This document shows, piece after piece, positions 58,828 to 64,000 of a DNA stretch of 64,000 bases. This stretch comes from Candidatus Bathyarchaeota archaeon (GTDB taxonomy: Archaea > Thermoproteota > Bathyarchaeia > Bathyarchaeales > Bathycorpusculaceae). The notes under the pieces are model-generated. The model was given only the letters and a program-made list of their open reading frames with translations, was not told the DNA's origin and did not search any database. Position 1 is the first letter of the stretch. Each line of letters begins with the position of its first letter. The stretch is taken from contig CAWHVC010000002.1 of NCBI GenBank assembly GCA_963832745.1, positions 320,001 to 384,000 of the forward strand, in the 5' to 3' direction. The translations under genes and the position numbers were made by a program.

Positions 58828-59388
58828 TTGAACAGCTGGAGCAAAAAACGTAAAGTAATAAAATGCTACAACGCCACATCAAACAGCTATAACGAACAAT
58901 ATGCAGAAGAGCAAGACGCCAAATATAACGCAGCACAAAAAGCCCTCAACATCGACAAAGCTGTTTACAACGCTGTTTTAGATGTAGGATGCGGCAGCGG
59001 ACTCTTTTTCTCTAATATAACCTGCAAAGCTCAAACTGTTGTAGGCGTTGATGTTTCACATAAACTGTTGCTTAAAGCCAAAACACAAGCTAAACCATTG
59101 GGCAACGTGCATGTTGTTCAGGCAGATGCTGACCATTTACCCTTCAAACCCGCCGTTTTCGACGCTATTTTTTCTTTCACGGTTCTTCAGAACATGCCCA
59201 GACCCAAACAGACACTGCTTGAGTTTAAACGGCAAACTAAAACAGGCGGCAAACTCGTAGTAACCGGTTTAAAGAAGGCCTTTGAATTGACCGCTTTTTT
59301 GGATTTGTTTGAAGCCGTCGACCTGCGGATGCTTAATTTTGTTGATGACGACGACTTAAAATGTTACATCGCCGTAACCACAAGTTAA
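58828..59388 (+). CDS. Class I SAM-dependent methyltransferase
   Basis: VLDVGCGSG, VGVDVS, ADADHLPF. Confidence 0.85.
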   Translation: MNSWSKKRKVIKCYNATSNSYNEQYAEEQDAKYNAAQKALNIDKAVYNAVLDVGCGSGLFFSNITCKAQTVVGVDVSHKLLLKAKTQAKPLGNVHVVQADADHLPFKPAVFDAIFSFTVLQNMPRPKQTLLEFKRQTKTGGKLVVTGLKKAFELTAFLDLFEAVDLRMLNFVDDDDLKCYIAVTTS

Positions 59389-60665
59389 CTGCTCAGCATC
59401 TGCACATCCACTACTTGACCGTTGTCAGCAAAAACGCCAACCGTTAACGTGTTTATGCCGCCAGTGTAAGTTCTGTCAAGCCTCAGCACAACGTACCAGT
59501 AAGGAATCAGCCCTGTTGAACCCGAACGTGGGTGTGGTGCAAGTTGAACAGAAACTGGTTGATCCAGAACGTTGAACCCTGTGATTTGTTGATTATCAAT
59601 AGTCCACGTTAAGGTTTTGGCGTAGTCTTTGGCGATTTGTACTGCTTGTTCTTGAGTCACGTTAAGGTTTGTGCTGCCGATAGTGAAGAGGAAGTAGCCA
59701 TCAGTTAACTCAGTTAACACACGGTTTTCGAATACCATGTCTAAGCTTTTAGAGGGGTAATCTATGCCTTGCTCGGTATAGGTCCATGTTACTCTACCGT
59801 TGCCTGAGCTGTCATCAACAATTTTTAGCTTCAAGTTGCCTTGTGTCATCTCGTTACTGCCTGAAGAACTTGCCATTTCCAAAAGCCCCGCCATGTCATC
59901 AAGGTAAGTGTCGCCTGAATAGAGTTTATAACGGTTTAGTGTGGCTTTAGCGTTTTCAATTATGCTGCTGGGTTGGTTTTGGATTTGGATTGGAGTGCTT
60001 TCGATTGAGTTTAACTGGTAACGGCTAAAATGGTTGTTTCTAAACCGGAAGTAACAGTCCATGTTGCTTGTGCTGCTTGTAAGCGAGTACCGTATGACTT
60101 CTTCTGCTGCGCCAATGTCTGAACGATACTCAAGCGTATTGCTAAGCAGGCTGGTTTTGTAACTGTTAACGTCAATTTGGGCAACATCACCCAGCAATGA
60201 GGTAACCTTGTTTGTGCCTACACCCCAAGAAAGCAACTGCTGGTTCTCCTGTTCTAACGCTTTCTGATTTCCCGCTATCTGGTTCAAGTTAACAAACGCC
60301 AAAGTGGTTAAGCTTGCCAAAAGAATAATGCAAACAAGCAGCCCAGCAAAAAGCATCTTCCACCTAAACGGCAAACCAAATCGCCGTTTAATCTGAATTT
60401 CAGGCACATCTTCCACATTTTTCATGGCTGCAACGGTGGCTTCCCCAAAGCTTGATAGCCGATATTTTCCGTCATCTGACTTGATTATTAATTCACCAAG
60501 GCTCTCTAAATGATAGGTTAAATGTGAAGTAGAGACGCCGATAGTGTCTACCATTTCCATGAACGTCATGGGTTTTGCTGCAAGTAAACGGAGGATTTTG
60601 CGGCGTGCGGGATGCTTAAGTGAAGTAAACATGGTTGAATAGATTTCTTCTTCAGTGCCTGCCAA
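59385..60665 (-). CDS. Membrane-anchored ArsR-type wHTH regulator with large extracellular domain
   Basis: LKHPARRKILRLL...SHLTYHL..L wHTH; one TM near aa 103-125; about 300-aa polar C-terminal domain. Confidence 0.8.
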   Translation of the reverse strand: MAGTEEEIYSTMFTSLKHPARRKILRLLAAKPMTFMEMVDTIGVSTSHLTYHLESLGELIIKSDDGKYRLSSFGEATVAAMKNVEDVPEIQIKRRFGLPFRWKMLFAGLLVCIILLASLTTLAFVNLNQIAGNQKALEQENQQLLSWGVGTNKVTSLLGDVAQIDVNSYKTSLLSNTLEYRSDIGAAEEVIRYSLTSSTSNMDCYFRFRNNHFSRYQLNSIESTPIQIQNQPSSIIENAKATLNRYKLYSGDTYLDDMAGLLEMASSSGSNEMTQGNLKLKIVDDSSGNGRVTWTYTEQGIDYPSKSLDMVFENRVLTELTDGYFLFTIGSTNLNVTQEQAVQIAKDYAKTLTWTIDNQQITGFNVLDQPVSVQLAPHPRSGSTGLIPYWYVVLRLDRTYTGGINTLTVGVFADNGQVVDVQMLSS

Positions 60666-60871
60666 CTAAACCACTTTACGGTATATCAAATCAGTTATGT
60701 ATAAAACTTGTTGAAAAAAGATTGTTTTTTGAAACTTTTTTGGTTTAGCAGACTGAATGTTAGGTTTAGTTAAGAAAGTTTGACTTTTCATAACGGCTTT
60801 TAGTCAAGAATTGTTGACGAGAAAATTTTTAGCTTAAAAAAGCTCAAGAAGCATTTGAGGCCTAAAAAGGT

Positions 60872-61102
60872 ATGATAAGGTATGGGGTGGCAGTGTTCGC
60901 GTTATCATTGTTGGTGCTGCTTTTCTTTGCATTTATCGCAAATGCATTGCCTGACTCAACGGCGCCAATTAGCACGCCTTCTGATGACCTTTCAATAGGC
61001 CAAGTTATCGGATTAACCGTTTCAGTCGGCGTTGCCGTAGCTGGTTTATGGCTGTTTTTTAGGAAACCAAAAAACAAAAAACAATTGATTAGTCAAATTT
61101 AA
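60872..61102 (+). CDS. Small 2-TM membrane protein
   Basis: Two hydrophobic helices and a basic tail (RKPKNKK). Confidence 0.55.
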   Translation: MIRYGVAVFALSLLVLLFFAFIANALPDSTAPISTPSDDLSIGQVIGLTVSVGVAVAGLWLFFRKPKNKKQLISQI

Positions 61103-61323
61103 TCACCTTAAAAAGCAATAAAATATGATAAAAATAGTGCTTGCTTAAGTTGACCTTTTTCAAATTTTAAGAAAATATTTCTTATCCAAAATCTTCATGT
61201 TTGAATTTGAAGTTTTATCAAGCAATATTTATATCAAAAGCCCGCCCAAAGACATACAACAAAACAAGTTAGGCTCAAGGCTCAATAGTAAAAGCCTTTT
61301 AGGAATTCTTTGGGGGTAAAAAT

Positions 61324-62253
61324 ACGCCATATAAAAGTTCAAAGCAAGATTCACCAGATGCTTTAACATTAGAATGGGCTTTACAAGTAAAAAATTATAA
61401 CTTAACACTCAACAAGCACCGGTGTGTTGGCTGCCAAATTTGCAGTTTAGCCTGCCCCAAAGAAGCCATAAAAGTTGAAAAACAACCGAAAACTGGTGAA
61501 AAAGCGACAAAACCCAAGGTCGATATTGATTTAGCTAAATGCAATTTTTGCGGTGTATGTGACGTAACCTGCCCCTATGGCGCAATAAAAGTAACCATAA
61601 ACGGCGCACACGACCTAAACCTGATAGCAAAAGAAAGCTACCCAAAAATAAACCGCAATATCACCCTAGACACCAAGGAATGTCCCAAAAACTGTTCCGA
61701 ATGCGAAACAGCCTGTCCACTGCAACTTATTAAGGTTTCCAGAATTGGGTTTGATGGAAAACCCGTCAAAAATATTGAAGAACTTTCCCCAACCGAAAAA
61801 CGCCGAGTCAAAGTTAACGTTGATATCCAAAAAGAGTACTGCCCAACATGCAAGATATGTGAAGCAAAGTGCCCGCCAAGAACTCTAAAAGTTACAAAAA
61901 TCTTTGAGGGTAAAACAGCCATAGAACCTGACAAATGCCCACCTAACTGTCACGACTGTGTAGATGTTTGCCCGATACCTGGAGTTTTAACCGTTGGCGA
62001 GGATGGAAAAGTCGCCGTTGACGAAGCACACTGCACCTACTGCGGAGCATGCAAAATCGTTTGCCCCGTAGAAGAGGCATTGACGTTTAAACGTACTAAA
62101 GTTTCTCACGAGCATATTCATTCAGGAGCATGGAACAAAGCTTTGGAAAGACTGACAAGCAAACGAGACGAGGTAAAAGAGCTTAAAGCGGTTGCTTCCC
62201 TAAAGAAACGAGACATAGTAACAAAAAGATTGAAGGATGAAGCCGAAGAATGA
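61324..62253 (+). CDS. fwdF: FwdF-like polyferredoxin (six 4Fe-4S motifs), apparent ACG start; absent from the ORF track
   Basis: Hand translation of frame +1: CVGCQICSLACP, CNFCGVCDVTCP, CPKNCSECETACP, CPTCKICEAKCP, CPPNCHDCVDVCP, CTYCGACKIVCP, then HSGAWNKALE; TGA overlaps the hdrA ATG. Confidence 0.8.
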   Translation, partial: TPYKSSKQDSPDALTLEWALQVKNYNLTLNKHRCVGCQICSLACPKEAIKVEKQPKTGEKATKPKVDIDLAKCNFCGVCDVTCPYGAIKVTINGAHDLNLIAKESYPKINRNITLDTKECPKNCSECETACPLQLIKVSRIGFDGKPVKNIEELSPTEKRRVKVNVDIQKEYCPTCKICEAKCPPRTLKVTKIFEGKTAIEPDKCPPNCHDCVDVCPIPGVLTVGEDGKVAVDEAHCTYCGACKIVCPVEEALTFKRTKVSHEHIHSGAWNKALERLTSKRDEVKELKAVASLKKRDIVTKRLKDEAEE

Positions 62254-64000
62254 GCTGCCCCCAAAATCCAGAAGAACCCCGAATCGGCGTTTTCGTCTGC
62301 CACTGCGGCCTAAACATAGCTGGAACCGTAAACGTTCCTGCAGTTGCTGAATACGCCAAAACATTGCCTGACGTAGTTTTCGTTAAAGAAAACCGTTACA
62401 CCTGCTCAGACCCCGGCCAAGAAGAAATCAGAAAAGCAATAAAACAGCACAAACTAAACCGCATAGTAGTAGCGGCATGCTCACCAAGAATGCATGAACC
62501 AACTTTTCGACGCACAGTCGCTGAAGCTGGTCTTAATAGCTTTCTTTTTGAAATGGCAAACATCCGTGAATTCTCTTCATGGTGCCACCAAAATAAGCCC
62601 GAAGAAGCAACAGAACGTGCAAAAGACACAGTACGCATGGCAGTAGCAAAAGTCAGATTAATGCAGCCACTACAAACAATCGAGGTGCCAGTAACAAACA
62701 AAGCCTTAATCATCGGCGGAGGAATCGCAGGTATAAACGCGGCCCTAGACCTAGCCGACCAAGGTTTCAAAGTTTACCTGCTTGAAAACTCTCAAAGCAT
62801 AGGCGGCCACATGGCGGCGCTTGACAAAACCTTCCCAACGCTTGACTGTAGCATCTGCATTGAAGGCCCAAAAATGGTGGACTGTGCAAGACACCCAAAT
62901 ATCACAATTTTCGCCTACAGCGACCTAGTCAAAGTCGAAGGATATGTAGGAAATTTCAAAGTAAAAATCCGCAAAAACCCCCGCTACGTTATCCCAGAAA
63001 AATGCACAGGATGCGGAGAATGCAAAGACGTTTGCCCAATTGAGTATCCAAACGAGTGGGACATGAACCTTGGCACACGCAAAGCTATCTCGGTACCTTT
63101 CGACCAAGCAGTTCCGTTAGTTTACGCAATTAACAGAGACTACTGCATTGAATGCTACAAATGCACTGAAAAATGCGGTGAACGTCAAGCAATCGATTTT
63201 GACCAAAAACCCGAAGAAGTCGACATAGAAGTCGGCGCAATCATTGTATCCACGGGATATGACGTTTACGAACCCTATGACATGCCGCTTTTAGGCTACG
63301 GCAAATACCCAAACGTTATCACAAGCATGGAATTCGAACGCTTAATCCTCGCGGCTGGACCAACAGGCGGCAAAGTTATCCGTCAATCAGACGGCCAAAA
63401 ACCGCACAGAATAGCCTTTATCCTATGCGTTGGTAGCCGAGACAAAAGCAAGTATCCATACTGTAGCAACTACTGCTGCATGTATACACTAAAGCATGTC
63501 GTGCAGCTTAAGGAGAAGTACAAGGAAGACGTGGAAGTCTACGTTTTCTACATGGACATACGAAGCGGCGGCAAAGGTTACGAGGAATTCTATGACCGCG
63601 CAAGAGAAAGAGGCGTAAACTTTATTCGAGGCAGAGTAAGCCGAATCGACGAAGATCCAAAAACCCACAATTTAACCGTACACTCCGAAGATTCACTGCT
63701 TGGCAAACCAATCGAAGTCGAAGCAGACATGGTAGTATTAGCAACCGCTTCCATACCCAAAAAAGGTTCAGAAGAAATAGCACGCATACTCAACATTTCC
63801 CGAGGGCAAGACGGCTTCTTCATGGAAGCACACCCCAAACTAAAACCGTTAGATGCACCAACAGACGGCATCTTTTACGCTGGAACATGCGCAGGCCTAA
63901 AAGACATCCCCTACAGCGTATCACAAGGCAGCGGAGCAGCGTCAAGAGCAGCAACAATCATATCTAAACCAAAATGGAAAATTGAACCAATTATCTCCAC
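62250..64000 (+). CDS. hdrA: Heterodisulfide reductase subunit A (flavin-based electron bifurcation); truncated at window end
   Basis: RIGVFVCHCG, AACSPRMHE, ANIRE, IIGGGIAG, LDKTFPTLDCSIC, CTGCGECKDVCP, CVGSRD..YCSNYCC, EAHPKLKP; no in-frame TGA. Confidence 0.95.
   Translation, partial: MSCPQNPEEPRIGVFVCHCGLNIAGTVNVPAVAEYAKTLPDVVFVKENRYTCSDPGQEEIRKAIKQHKLNRIVVAACSPRMHEPTFRRTVAEAGLNSFLFEMANIREFSSWCHQNKPEEATERAKDTVRMAVAKVRLMQPLQTIEVPVTNKALIIGGGIAGINAALDLADQGFKVYLLENSQSIGGHMAALDKTFPTLDCSICIEGPKMVDCARHPNITIFAYSDLVKVEGYVGNFKVKIRKNPRYVIPEKCTGCGECKDVCPIEYPNEWDMNLGTRKAISVPFDQAVPLVYAINRDYCIECYKCTEKCGERQAIDFDQKPEEVDIEVGAIIVSTGYDVYEPYDMPLLGYGKYPNVITSMEFERLILAAGPTGGKVIRQSDGQKPHRIAFILCVGSRDKSKYPYCSNYCCMYTLKHVVQLKEKYKEDVEVYVFYMDIRSGGKGYEEFYDRARERGVNFIRGRVSRIDEDPKTHNLTVHSEDSLLGKPIEVEADMVVLATASIPKKGSEEIARILNISRGQDGFFMEAHPKLKPLDAPTDGIFYAGTCAGLKDIPYSVSQGSGAASRAATIISKPKWKIEPIIS

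Noticed and set aside
62250-64000. Selenocysteine or pyrrolysine recoding in hdrA or other genes
   Set aside because: hdrA reads through with Cys codons; the ORF track omits it only because it runs off the window end

Overview
64-kb archaeal chromosomal window. The gene set (egsA, psmB, aCPSF1/fttA, Lsm-rpl37e, rpl14e-cbf5, nucS, hdrA, many Lrp/ArsR regulators, frequent TTG starts) is most consistent with Bathyarchaeia; the taxon is an inference. It holds about 70 CDSs, one intron-less tRNA-Arg(TCT), cobalamin salvage genes (cbiZ, btuFCD), a Fur/PerR-peroxiredoxin pair, three ABC exporter or metal-uptake loci and a K+-independent H+-PPase. I saw no rRNA, CRISPR array, transposase or integrase. 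Main findings: (1) a tightly coupled five-gene operon (19524-22508, minus) in which an HTH regulator precedes four otherwise unrelated membrane proteins that all begin with the same [IF][RK]GW[FL]P-x-[ED] peptide, a candidate modular sensor/anti-regulator system; (2) a 309-aa FwdF-like polyferredoxin coupled to hdrA that has no Met and apparently starts at ACG, which the ORF track missed; (3) two candidate osmolyte routes: an Acinetobacter-type bifunctional MtlD (mannitol) and lysine 2,3-aminomutase paired with an EctA-like rather than AblB-like acetyltransferase; (4) an unannotated lysine-rich 26-aa sORF, several candidate operators and origin-like repeats. All family assignments are by eye and recall; no searches were run.
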